Shown here: one piece after another, positions 46,652-56,827 of the stretch | How the letters are laid out: every line of letters starts with the position of its first letter | Numbering within the stretch: the first letter of the stretch is position 1 | Assembly (NCBI GenBank): GCA_963741955.1 | Contig: CAVUKB010000007.1 | Location: 800,001 to 864,000 of the forward strand | Reading direction: 5' to 3' | DNA length: 64,000 nt | Source of the DNA: an uncultured Acidobacteriota bacterium | Lineage (GTDB): Bacteria; Acidobacteriota; Thermoanaerobaculia; Gp7-AA8 | Translations under genes and position numbers: made by a program | Notes under the pieces: model-generated | The model's input: only the letters and a program-made list of their open reading frames with translations | Databases searched by the model: none | Told to the model about the DNA's origin: nothing

Positions 46652-48652
46652 ATGACACACGAGCTGATAGTCGAAGGTGCCGCCGGAGGGCTGACCCCGT
46701 CCAGGGCGCCGGACCTTCTCGATGCGGTGCTCGAGAACACGACCGATCCGACGATCATCGTCGATGGAGAAGGGGTCGTTCTCCGTTTCAATTCCGCGGC
46801 GGTTCAGTGGTCCGGCCGGAGCCTCGGCGCGGCGATCCGTGTGGGGAGAAAGCTGGAGGGTATCGTTGGCGGCCCCCCCCAGGCTTCCGTCTGGACGGAC
46901 CTTTTCGCACGCGCGAAGCGCGGTGCGGTGGTTTTTGCCGAGACCACTCAGGGCATTTCGGGAGAGATCCGCCAATACAGTCTCGCGACGAGGCCTGCGC
47001 CTCCTGGTGTGGTCTTCACGCTTCGCGACATCTCCGATTATCGACGGGCGGAGAGTCACGAGTTTTTCCAGCTCGCTCTCGGCCGGATTTTCGCGCAGAA
47101 CCTTCCGGTGGTGGAAACGCTCGAGCTGGTGCTGGAGGCCTTCTGTGAGTCGATCGGATGGGATTTCGGCGTGGCATGGCTCGTCGATTCCGAGAACCGT
47201 ATTCTGCGTGCGGAGACGGAGTGGTTCGCGCCTGGATTCGTACGGAGCGTCGCGCCGCGGCCGTGGCCGGAATTCGCACTCGGCCATGGTATTCCGGGAA
47301 GAGTCTGGGCGACGCGGGAGAGCATCTGGTATCCCGATCTGCTCGACGAGACGCGGGCGGACCGCTTCTTCCTCTCGTCGCATCTCGGGCTGCGCGCAAC
47401 CGTCGCCTTTCCTCTTCTCGGAACCGAGTCGGTTCTCGGCGTGCTGGAGTTCTTCAGCCGGCGCGTGACACCGGTGGGAAGCCATCTGACGGTCGCACTC
47501 GAGGAAGTCGGGTCGGAGATCGGCCATTACCTGGAGCGAAAAAAGGCGGAGTCGGAACGAACCAAGCTCAATGCGGCTCTCGAACGAAGCACATCCGAGT
47601 GGCAACAGACCTTCGACGCGATCAACTCGCCGATCCTGATCACCGACCGGGAAGGGGTCATCGTTCGCCTCAACAACGCCGCACGGGATCTGGGACGCAT
47701 CGACTCTCCCGACCAGACTCTCGTGGGACGGCACGTCGCGGAGGTCGGCTCCTGTCCGCTCTGGCGGAGCATCGGAGAAGTGATCCGTTCGGTGTCGGAT
47801 TCCGAGCAGGCGGTCAGTCTGAATCAGGGCGACGAGAGCGAGGGGAAGATCTGGGACATCGACGGGAGCTTCAGCCCCGGGCTTGATGATGGCAACGACC
47901 GGGTGATCGTGATTCTGCGGGACCTCACCACCGTGGTACAGCTCCAGGATTCGGTGCGGAAAGGCGAGCAGCTCTGGGCGATGGGAGAGCTTGTGGCAGG
48001 GGTCGCCCACGAAGTCCGCAACCCGCTCTTCGGCATCTCGGCGACACTCGATGCGTTGGAAGTCTCCGTTCCGGTGAAGGACCAGTCGCGGGAGCTGTTC
48101 GACGCCCTCCGTCAATGGATCGACAGGCTCAACGATCTGATGGAGAACCTTCTGGAGTACGGAAAGACGTGGTCGATGAACCTTGCGCGAGGAACTCTCG
48201 ATCCGGTGGTCGACCAGGCGATGGAGCTCTGTGAGCCGCTCGCGAGATCACATTCCATCACGTTCTCGGGCGGTGGTACCTTCGACGGCGAGCTCATTCT
48301 GATCGATCCGGTCCGGCTGGTTCAGGTCTTCCAGAATCTGATCACCAACGCCATTCAGCATTCTCCGGAGGGGACCCGGGTCGACATCGAACGGAGGGTC
48401 TCCCGCGATCGCGATCGGACGTGGCTGGTCTGCGAGGTTCTCGATCGTGGAAACGGTTTCCGGGAGGAGGACCTCAGCCGGATCTTCCAACCCTTCTTCA
48501 CCCGACGCCGTGGTGGTACCGGCCTCGGTCTATCCATCGTCCAGCGAATCGTCGAGGAGCACGGAGGCGTGCTTCATGCGTCGAATCGCGAAGGTGGAGG
48601 CGCGTCATTACGTGTCGCGTTTCCTTCCATGCGCAAAGGCGGCTCATCATGA
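46652..48652 (+). CDS. PAS-GAF-PAS sensor histidine kinase
   Basis: H-box AHEVRNPL, N-box QVFQNLITNA, DRGNG, FQPFFT and GTGLGL; GAF segment GIPGRVW. Confidence 0.95.
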   Translation: MTHELIVEGAAGGLTPSRAPDLLDAVLENTTDPTIIVDGEGVVLRFNSAAVQWSGRSLGAAIRVGRKLEGIVGGPPQASVWTDLFARAKRGAVVFAETTQGISGEIRQYSLATRPAPPGVVFTLRDISDYRRAESHEFFQLALGRIFAQNLPVVETLELVLEAFCESIGWDFGVAWLVDSENRILRAETEWFAPGFVRSVAPRPWPEFALGHGIPGRVWATRESIWYPDLLDETRADRFFLSSHLGLRATVAFPLLGTESVLGVLEFFSRRVTPVGSHLTVALEEVGSEIGHYLERKKAESERTKLNAALERSTSEWQQTFDAINSPILITDREGVIVRLNNAARDLGRIDSPDQTLVGRHVAEVGSCPLWRSIGEVIRSVSDSEQAVSLNQGDESEGKIWDIDGSFSPGLDDGNDRVIVILRDLTTVVQLQDSVRKGEQLWAMGELVAGVAHEVRNPLFGISATLDALEVSVPVKDQSRELFDALRQWIDRLNDLMENLLEYGKTWSMNLARGTLDPVVDQAMELCEPLARSHSITFSGGGTFDGELILIDPVRLVQVFQNLITNAIQHSPEGTRVDIERRVSRDRDRTWLVCEVLDRGNGFREEDLSRIFQPFFTRRRGGTGLGLSIVQRIVEEHGGVLHASNREGGGASLRVAFPSMRKGGSS

Positions 48653-49047
48653 TCGAACAGCGCGCTATGAACGACAACCGGAGAATCCTGATCGTGGACG
48701 ACGAGGCACTGATCGCTCTCGCGATGCGACGCTACTTCGAGGTTCTTGGATACGACGTCGATTGTGCCCAGGAGCTCGAAGAAGCCCAGGCTCTTCTCGC
48801 CAATTACACCTACGATCTGGTCATCGCCGACCTGCGGCTGACCGGCATCGGGGGAGTGGAGGGCCTCCAGATCGTTTCGGATATTCATCAGAAATGTCCG
48901 TCCACACGGGTGATACTGCTGACCGCATACGGGACTCCGGAGATCGAGAAGGAATCGTACAACCGTGGAGCCGATGCTTTTCTGCACAAACCGGCAGCGA
49001 TGATGGAGATTGCGAACATCGCCACCGAACTGATGGGGAGGACGTGA
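48649..49047 (+). CDS. Single-domain response regulator
   Basis: ILIVDDE, VIADLRL, LLTAYG and FLHKP; ATGA overlap. Confidence 0.93.
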   Translation: MIEQRAMNDNRRILIVDDEALIALAMRRYFEVLGYDVDCAQELEEAQALLANYTYDLVIADLRLTGIGGVEGLQIVSDIHQKCPSTRVILLTAYGTPEIEKESYNRGADAFLHKPAAMMEIANIATELMGRT

Positions 49048-49925
49048 TGGATCGCTCCCTCCTTGAAACGGTACTCGCTCCCGGAGGTCTGAGGCCTCTG
49101 TTTCAACCGGTCGTGGACGTCTCGGATGCGGCTTCGGTGACGATCCACTACATCGAGTGTCTGATGCGAGGGCCGGTCGGAACCCACCTCGAGCCGGCCA
49201 ATGTCCTGTTCGACTACGTCCGGCTGAAGCGGGAAGAGAGTCTGGTCGACCGCGCCTGCGTCGCTGCAGCTTTGCACGGTCTGGCCCGGCTCGATGATTC
49301 CGTTCGGATGAGTGTGAACGTCCACGCCTCGACGCTCGGCCGGGACCACGGATTCGTGGGGTACTTCCAGGAAGTGGCCGAAGCGGCCCGGATCGACATC
49401 GAGCGGGTGACGCTGGAGATCGTGGAACATGCACCACCGTGGGATGGTGTGAGCTTCCTCGCCGCGATTGCGGATCTCCGGTCGCTCGGAGTGGCCATCG
49501 CGCTCGACGACGTCGGACTGGGGCTCTCGAACTACAAGATGATTCTCGACGTCTGCCCCGATTATCTGAAGGTGGACCGGTACTTCGTTTCTTCGTGCGA
49601 CGAAGATCCGAAACGCCGCGCAGTGATTCGCTCCATCCGCCAGCTCGGATCCGAGTTCGGTGCGCGGATCGTGGCCGAAGGGGTGGAGCGGCGGGAAGAG
49701 CTCGAGACGCTCCGCGGGCTCGGAGTCAGTCTGGTTCAGGGGTTCCTCTTCGCGGAGCCGTCGACCCATCCCGAAATTCCGAGGAGCGCTCACGAGCTGC
49801 TTGTACGGGAGGAAGAGGGAGGACACGGGAACGTGAGCCTCGGCGCCATCCGGTCGAAGAAAAAATCAGATCGCCGCTCCCGGGCGCTTCCTTCCTCAGA
49901 CGTCCTTGGGCTTCGTGACCGGTGA
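49047..49925 (+). CDS. Stand-alone EAL-domain protein
   Basis: FQPVVD, ECL (EAL variant), SVNV, LEIVE, ALDDVGLG, KVDRYF, AEGVE and QGFLF. Confidence 0.9.
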   Translation: MDRSLLETVLAPGGLRPLFQPVVDVSDAASVTIHYIECLMRGPVGTHLEPANVLFDYVRLKREESLVDRACVAAALHGLARLDDSVRMSVNVHASTLGRDHGFVGYFQEVAEAARIDIERVTLEIVEHAPPWDGVSFLAAIADLRSLGVAIALDDVGLGLSNYKMILDVCPDYLKVDRYFVSSCDEDPKRRAVIRSIRQLGSEFGARIVAEGVERREELETLRGLGVSLVQGFLFAEPSTHPEIPRSAHELLVREEEGGHGNVSLGAIRSKKKSDRRSRALPSSDVLGLRDR

Positions 49926-50342
49926 GATCGGAATTCGCTCCGGAGCCGGATCCACCGCGACCGACGGATCTGCGGCCGTCGCGAGATGGTGCACGTAATG
50001 GGCGAACGCGTCGAACTGGAGCGGTTTGAAGAAGATCGCATGGGCGACGCTGCGATCCACTTTCGCGATCTCCGATACCGGCGCGCCCGTGATCACGATG
50101 ACGCGCGGGCGATCGTCGTCGGGGAAGTGCTTGATCGCCTGCACGAGATAGTGCCCGGACGAGAAGCCGGCCAGCATCAGGTCGAGGATGATGATGCTCC
50201 ATTGCTCTCGGCGGACCGCAGCAATCGCATCCTCGGCAGTCGGTACGAGCTCGACCGAGAGATCATTCTGCTTCTGGATGTACGTCAGAATGCCGCGGGA
50301 GACGAACGGGTCGTCCTCCACGAGCAGGATCCGTGCACTCAT
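49896..50342 (-). CDS. Single-domain response regulator
   Basis: ILLVEDD, IILDLML, VITG and FFKP. Confidence 0.85.
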   Translation of the reverse strand: MSARILLVEDDPFVSRGILTYIQKQNDLSVELVPTAEDAIAAVRREQWSIIILDLMLAGFSSGHYLVQAIKHFPDDDRPRVIVITGAPVSEIAKVDRSVAHAIFFKPLQFDAFAHYVHHLATAADPSVAVDPAPERIPISPVTKPKDV

Positions 50343-50460
50343 TGATGTCGCCCATCCGGCCTTTCGGCCGTACAACTCCTGTCCCTCTGCCAACCTACTA
50401 AACGAAAGATAGATTGACAACCTCAGCGGATTGCGGTGCAAGAGCGTTGCCTGCGGGCGC

Positions 50461-50826
50461 TCAGGTCAGCGGAATGAACTCGTCGTCGTCCTGGTGCTCT
50501 CTTTCCCAGGAGAGAAACTCCCAATAGCCGCAGCGAGGTGTATCGGGATATTCACGGCAGACCTCGGGGCGATCTTCATAGATGGTGCAGCGACGGCTCT
50601 CCAGATCGAGGAAACGACAGATCGTTCCGTAGATCTCGTCCTTCTGATGCCGGAGGACGCGCTCCCCTTCGTAGATTTTCGTGAAGCGGCGTCGAGCATT
50701 CTCGACCGTCACGCCGAATCGTTTCGCGATTCGCGAGATGTCGCTTCTGCTGACGTTGATCTTCGGATAGCTGCAGCAGTAGGCGGGGCAGCGGGAGCAG
50801 TCGTACAGCATCTTTTTAGGAGCCAT
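50461..50826 (-). CDS. YkgJ family CxxCxxxCC cysteine-cluster protein
   Basis: CSRCPAYCC ... CRFLD....CTIYEDRPEVCREYP. Confidence 0.9.
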   Translation of the reverse strand: MAPKKMLYDCSRCPAYCCSYPKINVSRSDISRIAKRFGVTVENARRRFTKIYEGERVLRHQKDEIYGTICRFLDLESRRCTIYEDRPEVCREYPDTPRCGYWEFLSWEREHQDDDEFIPLT

Positions 50827-50936
50827 AATATATATCTATTATCTGGTATCTATTATCTGGTATCTGTTTAGTATCTGGTAAGTGATTGGTTGTATGTAGT
50901 CTATTATTAATTCAGTGATTGGATATCTAATTTTCG
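50827..50936. repeat. AT-rich patch with TATCTnn heptamer repeats
   Basis: TATCTATTATCTGG twice (50833-50860), further TATCTG copies, and AGTGATTGG twice; strongly AT-rich against GC-rich flanks. Confidence 0.8.
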
Positions 50937-51173
50937 TGTCTGATTCTGCCGGATCGATGAGGCTGAAGCGCGTCCGACAGAGATCGGGCGTCTCGGCACA
51001 CTCACGATCCAGGTCGGCCGCTCCCGCAAGCCTGCGCGGCATCATAGAATAGCAGGGAACCGCTGCTGAATGGAGGGGCGAATGGCCCGGGAGGGTATTT
51101 CCGTATCCCGGAGATCGGTGCGAAAATCGTTCTGTCTCGTCATGTCGCGCGAACGCTTTCCCGGGAGGCTCTC

Positions 51174-51626
51174 ATGGATTCTCGAAAACGGACAGTCGTC
51201 GACCTCGAGCGTCCCGCTGTGGTCGGGCTCATGTTGTTCGTGGCTCTCGCGATCGGTGGCTGCAGCACCGCTTCACCGAAGCAGGGGGGAGATCCGCGTC
51301 TCGAGGTCGAGGCGGCCCTGGCGTCGCCGCGGAGCGGTCGCCAGGAGGCCTACCTTCTCTATCGCGTGCTGGTTCGAAACGTCTCGGAGCACACGCTGGT
51401 GATCCGGCGCGTGGAAGTGGAGCCGATCGGTGGACCGGAAGTGCGGAACGCGTACGTCACCGACTCGAAGACGATCGAACCGGGTGAGGCCGCACATTTC
51501 GAGATCTGGGCCGAGGTGCTCGCTGATCCCTCGAGTCCGGATCATACGAGCGGAATGGCCCGGGTGGCGGTCAGTTTCGACGACCACGGTCAGCCGTTCA
51601 TGCGGAGCTGGGTGGTCGAGGTCTGA
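51174..51626 (+). CDS. Hypothetical lipoprotein (Ig-like beta sandwich)
   Basis: LMLFVALAIGGC lipobox; VRNVSEHTLVIRRVEV...TIEPGE. Confidence 0.65.
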   Translation: MDSRKRTVVDLERPAVVGLMLFVALAIGGCSTASPKQGGDPRLEVEAALASPRSGRQEAYLLYRVLVRNVSEHTLVIRRVEVEPIGGPEVRNAYVTDSKTIEPGEAAHFEIWAEVLADPSSPDHTSGMARVAVSFDDHGQPFMRSWVVEV

Positions 51627-51722
51627 AAACGACCCGGTCCCACGCAGCAGGCCGCTCTGCAGATTTCTCGCCGCGAGACGACGTGAGAAATCCGGGAACA
51701 GCGCGACCCCGTGAATCCACCT

Positions 51723-52946
51723 TCAGCTCCGATAGTCGGCGTTGAGCGAAACGTAATCGTGTCCGAGATCGCTCACCATCAGCACCGCGGTGGCTGAACC
51801 GCCCCCGAGGTCCACCGTCACCGGCACACGCTCCCTGGAAAACAGCTTTGCAGCGTCGGCCTCCCGGTACTCTGCAGGCTCGCCGTTCTCGACTAGGGTC
51901 AGGTCTCCGATTCGGAGTGAGACCCGTTTGGCCGAAAAGCGGGCTCCACTTCGTCCGACAGCCGCGAGAATCCGTCCCCAGTTAGGGTCGCCGCCGTTCA
52001 GCGCGGTCTTCACCAGAGGCGATGTCCCGATTGCGTGCGCGGCGAGCTTCGCATCCCGTTCGTTCCGGGCGCCGCGGATCTCGATCTCCATCACCCGCGT
52101 CGCTCCCTCGCCGTCCCGTACGATCATCCAGGCCAGCTCGCGACAGACCTTCTCCAGCGCAGCCAGAAAGCTCGCTGGATCCGCTCCGCCTCCGAGTGTC
52201 TCACCGGCGAGTTTCCCCGACGCCATCAGGAGAACCGTGTCGTTCGTCGATGTGTCGCCATCCACGGAGATCGCGTTGAAGCTGGTTGCGGCGGCTTGAC
52301 GGAGTGCCTTCCTGAGAAACTCCGGGGTGGCTGCGGCATCCGTCATGAGGAACGCGAGCATCGTGGCCATGTTCGGGTGGATCATCCCCGCGCCCTTCGC
52401 CATCCCGACGATCCGTCCACGTTTCCCGCCGAGCGTGAAGGTGGCTCGAGCGACCTTGGGGCCGACGTCCGTGGTGAGAATCGCGTGCGATGCGGCCTCG
52501 ATCCCCGACGAGGAGAGCCGGTGCAGAGCATCGGGAAGCGCGGCGCGAATCTTCGCGTCGGGCAGAAGGACACCGATCACGCCGGTCGAAGCGACGAAGA
52601 TCTCTTCCGGAGTGCAGCCGGCCAGTTCCGCTGCCTTGCTCTGTACTCGCTTCGCCGCATTCATCCCTTCCTTTCCGGTGACGGCGTTCGCGCAACCGGC
52701 GTTCACGACCACTCCCTTCACTCGCCCGCGCGACTTTTTGAGGGCAGTCTTCGAGAGCACCACCGGGGCGGCCTGAAAGCGATTGGTGGTGAAGATCGCC
52801 GCAGCGTTCGCGCCGTCCTCAGCGAGGATCAATGCGACGTCGGGTCGCTTCTTCCGGATCCCGGCACGAACGCCGGAAGCGAGAAATCCCTTTGGTAACT
52901 TCATGACGAGAGTCCCCGGTATCGTTCGAACTGTTTCGAGGCGCAT
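51723..52946 (-). CDS. argJ: Ornithine acetyltransferase / N-acetylglutamate synthase
   Basis: KGAGMIHPNMATML, VDGDTSTND, RDGEGAT and DPNWGRI. Confidence 0.96.
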   Translation of the reverse strand: MRLETVRTIPGTLVMKLPKGFLASGVRAGIRKKRPDVALILAEDGANAAAIFTTNRFQAAPVVLSKTALKKSRGRVKGVVVNAGCANAVTGKEGMNAAKRVQSKAAELAGCTPEEIFVASTGVIGVLLPDAKIRAALPDALHRLSSSGIEAASHAILTTDVGPKVARATFTLGGKRGRIVGMAKGAGMIHPNMATMLAFLMTDAAATPEFLRKALRQAAATSFNAISVDGDTSTNDTVLLMASGKLAGETLGGGADPASFLAALEKVCRELAWMIVRDGEGATRVMEIEIRGARNERDAKLAAHAIGTSPLVKTALNGGDPNWGRILAAVGRSGARFSAKRVSLRIGDLTLVENGEPAEYREADAAKLFSRERVPVTVDLGGGSATAVLMVSDLGHDYVSLNADYRS

Positions 52947-52959
52947 ATGCGTGCGAAGG

Positions 52960-54330
52960 TCATTTCGCGTCGCTCTTCCACTTCTTCGCCGCCTCGCGCA
53001 CGCGCCACGGCGCGGTGCCGCCGATGACGTCCTTCTTCGCCAGCGCCGCGTGGACGTCGAGCGCCTGGAGATCCGATTCGAGGATCTCTTCCGTCGCTCC
53101 GAGCTCGCGCAACGTCTTCCCACGTCGCACCGCCTCGCCGATCCTCCGGCTGACGATCTCGTGTGCGTCGCGAAACGGCACGCCGCGCGCGGTCATCGCA
53201 TCCATCACCTGAGTAGCGAGCAGAAGGTCGCTCGAGGCCGCCTCCTTCATCCGTGTCCGGTTAAGGCCGAGGCCGGAGAGTAGCCCGTCGAGCGCCGGGA
53301 GCGCAGCGGACAGGATCTCGCGGGTCCTGAACAACGGCTCCTTGTCCAGCTGCAGATCCTTGTCGTAGGCCAGCGGAAGACCCTTCATCATCGCGAGAAG
53401 TCCGGCCAGCTCGCCGATGGCGCGGCCCGCGTGCCCCCGCACCAGTTCCAGCACGTCGGGGTTCTTCTTCTGCGGCATTCGCGACGATCCGGTCGCGTAC
53501 GCGTCGGGGAGATCCACGTATCCGGCTTCATCCGACGAAAAGAAGATCAGATCTTCGGCGAGCCGTGAGAAGTGTCCCAGGAGCAGTGCCGCGCAGAAGA
53601 GATACTCGGCGGCGCCGTCCCGATCGGAGACCGCGTCGAGCGAGTTGGGGGTCGCCCGGGCGAACCCGAGCCGCCGCGCGAGTCTCCCGCGGTCGATGGA
53701 GAGCGGAGATCCCGCCATCGCCGCGGATCCGAGCGGACATTCGTCCCCCCTTTCCGAAGCAGCGCGAAGCCGGTCGACGTCACGGCCGAGCATCGTCACG
53801 TAGGCCAGAGCCCAGTGGCCGAACGACACCGGTTCCGCCTGTTTCAGATGGGTGTACCCGGGCATCGGCGTTCCCGCTTCCCGTTCGCCGATGCTCGACA
53901 GCGTCGCGATGACCGCCGAAACGAGAGCGATCGCTTCACCGAATGCCTTCTTCAGCCAGAGTCGCAGGTCCGTCGCGACCTGGTCGTTTCTCGAACGTCC
54001 GGTGTGGAGCTTTGCCGCCAGCGGTCCGACCTTCTCCCGCAGTCGCGACTCGACGTACGAGTGAACGTCCTCGTAATCATCGAAGGGAAGGCGTCCGGAT
54101 CTCGATTCTTCTCCCACTTCGCGGAGGCCGTCGATCAGCGCCTTCCCTTCCGTCGTGGAGACGATTCCCGCTTCCTCGAGCGCGGAGACCCACCCGACCG
54201 ATCCTTCGACGTCCTCTTCCAGGAGAAGCCAGTCGAACCGGAAAGAATCGTTCAGACGGCGCAGGGCATCGGCTGGTCCGCTCGCGAACCTGCCGCCCCA
54301 CATCTGTTGACTGCGCTTCTCCTCGGACAT
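52960..54330 (-). CDS. argH: Argininosuccinate lyase
   Basis: MWGGRF, HTGRSRNDQV, PGYTHL and GSSRMPQKKNPD. Confidence 0.97.
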   Translation of the reverse strand: MSEEKRSQQMWGGRFASGPADALRRLNDSFRFDWLLLEEDVEGSVGWVSALEEAGIVSTTEGKALIDGLREVGEESRSGRLPFDDYEDVHSYVESRLREKVGPLAAKLHTGRSRNDQVATDLRLWLKKAFGEAIALVSAVIATLSSIGEREAGTPMPGYTHLKQAEPVSFGHWALAYVTMLGRDVDRLRAASERGDECPLGSAAMAGSPLSIDRGRLARRLGFARATPNSLDAVSDRDGAAEYLFCAALLLGHFSRLAEDLIFFSSDEAGYVDLPDAYATGSSRMPQKKNPDVLELVRGHAGRAIGELAGLLAMMKGLPLAYDKDLQLDKEPLFRTREILSAALPALDGLLSGLGLNRTRMKEAASSDLLLATQVMDAMTARGVPFRDAHEIVSRRIGEAVRRGKTLRELGATEEILESDLQALDVHAALAKKDVIGGTAPWRVREAAKKWKSDAK

Positions 54331-54398
54331 CCGTGGCCTCTCTCCATCATTCTGCGGCGCGGAACGGTCTCCATCGGCCGTCCCGCATCCGAGATCGT

Positions 54399-55625
54399 CT
54401 ACGACTCGGCTACCTTCTGAAGGCCGAACGGCGCGAGCCGCGACCGCCCTTTCGTCTGCAGCCCGAAGAGCCGGATGAAGCCGGCCGCGTCGTTGCCATC
54501 GTAGTCGCCCATGGTGAAGGAGGCGAGATCCTGCGAGTAGAGCGAGTCGACGGCCTTCCTTCCGACCACCGCCGCTGTTCCCTTGTAGAGCTTGAGGGTC
54601 ACGTCTCCAGTCGTATTCTCGGAGAGCTTCGTGGCGAAGGCGTCGAGCGCTTCACGGAGAGGAGTGAACCACTGACCGTTGTAGACCAGCTCCGCGTAAC
54701 GGACCGCCATCCGCTCCTTCTCGTGCGCACTCTCTTTGTCGAGCGTGAGCGACTCGAGCGCCTTGAGCGCATTCACCAGGATGGTCCCGCCCGGCGTTTC
54801 GTAGACTCCACGCGACTTGATTCCGATCAGCCGGTTCTCGACGATGTCCGCCCGCCCGACTCCGTGGCGTCCTCCGATCGCATTCAACGCATCGATCAGC
54901 TCCGCCGGAGGAAGCGCCCTCCCGTTCACCGCCACCGGCAGTCCCTCCACGAATGTGACGGTGACCTTCTCCGGAACGTCCGATGCCTCCATCGGGTCGA
55001 CGGTCAACTTGAACATCGACGCTTCGGGCTCGAACGCAGGATCCTCGAGCGGACCTCCCTCGTGGGAGAGATGCCACAGGTTCCGGTCCCGTGAGTAGGG
55101 ATCTTTCTTCGTCACCGGAATCGGGATCCCCTTCGAGCTCGCGTAGTCGATCGCATCTTCGCGCGAGTTGATCGTCCACTCCCGCCACGGAGCGATCACC
55201 GCGAGCTCCGGAGCGAGTGCCTGGTAGGCCAGCTCGAACCGGACCTGGTCATTTCCCTTCCCGGTGCAGCCGTGGGCGACCGCGTCGCAGCCGGTCGCCA
55301 GTGCGACCTCCACCTGCTTCCGCGCGATCAGCGGCCGCGCGGATGAAGTACCGAGCAGATAATCCTTCTCGTAGATCGCCCCGGCCCTAAGAACCGGGAA
55401 GAGGTAATCGGCGGCGAATTCTTCGACCGCGTCGACGAGGTGGAACTCGCACGCGCCGGTTCGAAGCGCCTTCTCTTCGAGATGTGCGGTCTCTTCCTTC
55501 TGGCCGACGTCGACCGCGACGGCGACCACTTCGCAGCCGTAGTTCTCCTTCAACCAGGAGATGATGATCGACGTATCGAGGCCGCCGGAGTAGGCGAGTG
55601 CGACTTTCTTGACGGGCTGTTTCAC
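54399..55625 (-). CDS. argG: Argininosuccinate synthase
   Basis: LAYSGGLDTS, HGCTGKGNDQVRFE and KSRGVYETPG; GTG start overlaps the argD stop. Confidence 0.97.
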   Translation of the reverse strand: MKQPVKKVALAYSGGLDTSIIISWLKENYGCEVVAVAVDVGQKEETAHLEEKALRTGACEFHLVDAVEEFAADYLFPVLRAGAIYEKDYLLGTSSARPLIARKQVEVALATGCDAVAHGCTGKGNDQVRFELAYQALAPELAVIAPWREWTINSREDAIDYASSKGIPIPVTKKDPYSRDRNLWHLSHEGGPLEDPAFEPEASMFKLTVDPMEASDVPEKVTVTFVEGLPVAVNGRALPPAELIDALNAIGGRHGVGRADIVENRLIGIKSRGVYETPGGTILVNALKALESLTLDKESAHEKERMAVRYAELVYNGQWFTPLREALDAFATKLSENTTGDVTLKLYKGTAAVVGRKAVDSLYSQDLASFTMGDYDGNDAAGFIRLFGLQTKGRSRLAPFGLQKVAES

Positions 55626-56827
55626 TGGTGGATCTCCTTCTCGTTCGAGAGAATGTCGTCGAGTGCGTCGATGAGCTCGACGAGTGCTTTTTTGGGAACG
55701 ATGTACGGCGGCAGGAGACGGATGACATTCTCCCGCGCCGTACCCACGATGAATCCGCGATCGAGGAGCTCGCCCGCGATCGGACCGGCGGGTCTGTCGA
55801 TCTCGATCCCCCACATCAGACCGCGGCCGCGAACGTCGACCACCGCTCCGCAGCGGGCGTGGAGCGCAGTGAGCTCACCCTCGAGCCACGTACCGAGTGC
55901 GCTGATTTTTTCGAGCAACCGCTGATCGTGGATCTCGTCGAGCACGGCGATGCCGAGTCGGCACGCCAGCGGGTTGCCGCCGAACGTCGTGCCGTGGTGG
56001 CCGGGCTTGACCACTCCCTCGAGCCGCGGTCCGGTGAGCACCGCGCCGAGCGGCAGGCCCCCGCCGAGCGGCTTCGCGAGCGTGACGATGTCCGGGACGA
56101 TCCCGGCCTGCTGGAACGCGAAGAGTGAACCGGTCCGCCCGAGACCGCACTGGATCTCGTCGCAGATCAGCACTGCTCCGAAGCGGTCGGCGAGCGCACT
56201 CGCGGTCTGGAGGAATCGCGGCGTGAGAGGGATGATCCCTCCCTCGCCCATGATCGGCTCGACGATGATTGCCGCGGTCTCCGCGCCGATCGCGTTCTCG
56301 AGTGCGACGCAGTCGTTCGGTTCGACGAAGCTCACGCCGGGAACGAGCGGCTGGAACGGCTCGCGGTATGCGTCGTGTCCGGTGAGCGAGAGTGCGCCGA
56401 GGGTCCGGCCGTGGAAGCTCTCCCTGAGCGCGACGATTCCGGGACGTCCGGGATTCCGAAGACGCGCGAACTTCAACGCCGCTTCGTTCGCCTCGGTTCC
56501 GCTGTTGCAGAAGAACGCCCGGCTCAGTCCCGACTCGCTCACCAGCCGCTCCGCGAGAATTCCCTGCGTGGGGTGATAGAAGAGATTCGAGACGTGAAGG
56601 AGTCCTTTCGCTTCTTCGCGCAGGATTCGGACGATTGCCGGATGCTGGTATCCGAGAACGTTCACGGCGATGCCGCCGAGAAGATCCCAGTAACCCACGC
56701 CGGCGGCGTCGAAGAGGCGTGCTCCCTTCCCGTCACGGGGGTGGAAATGCGTGCGCGCGTACGTGCCGAGTACGAATGCGTGGTCGCGCGACTCGACTGC
56801 GAGCGGCGATTCGTCATGCAGCAACAA
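55622..56827 (-). CDS. argD: Acetylornithine aminotransferase
   Basis: NSGTEANEAA, FHGRT, DEIQCGLGRTG, AKPLGGG and HGTTFGGNP. Confidence 0.93.
   Translation of the reverse strand: MLLHDESPLAVESRDHAFVLGTYARTHFHPRDGKGARLFDAAGVGYWDLLGGIAVNVLGYQHPAIVRILREEAKGLLHVSNLFYHPTQGILAERLVSESGLSRAFFCNSGTEANEAALKFARLRNPGRPGIVALRESFHGRTLGALSLTGHDAYREPFQPLVPGVSFVEPNDCVALENAIGAETAAIIVEPIMGEGGIIPLTPRFLQTASALADRFGAVLICDEIQCGLGRTGSLFAFQQAGIVPDIVTLAKPLGGGLPLGAVLTGPRLEGVVKPGHHGTTFGGNPLACRLGIAVLDEIHDQRLLEKISALGTWLEGELTALHARCGAVVDVRGRGLMWGIEIDRPAGPIAGELLDRGFIVGTARENVIRLLPPYIVPKKALVELIDALDDILSNEKEIHQ

Noticed and set aside
50818-50845. dif-like site (AGGAGCCATAA-TATATA-...)
   Set aside because: The left arm and spacer resemble dif, but the right arm TCTATTATCTG does not match the conserved XerD arm TTATGTTAAAT, and the left arm overlaps a start codon.
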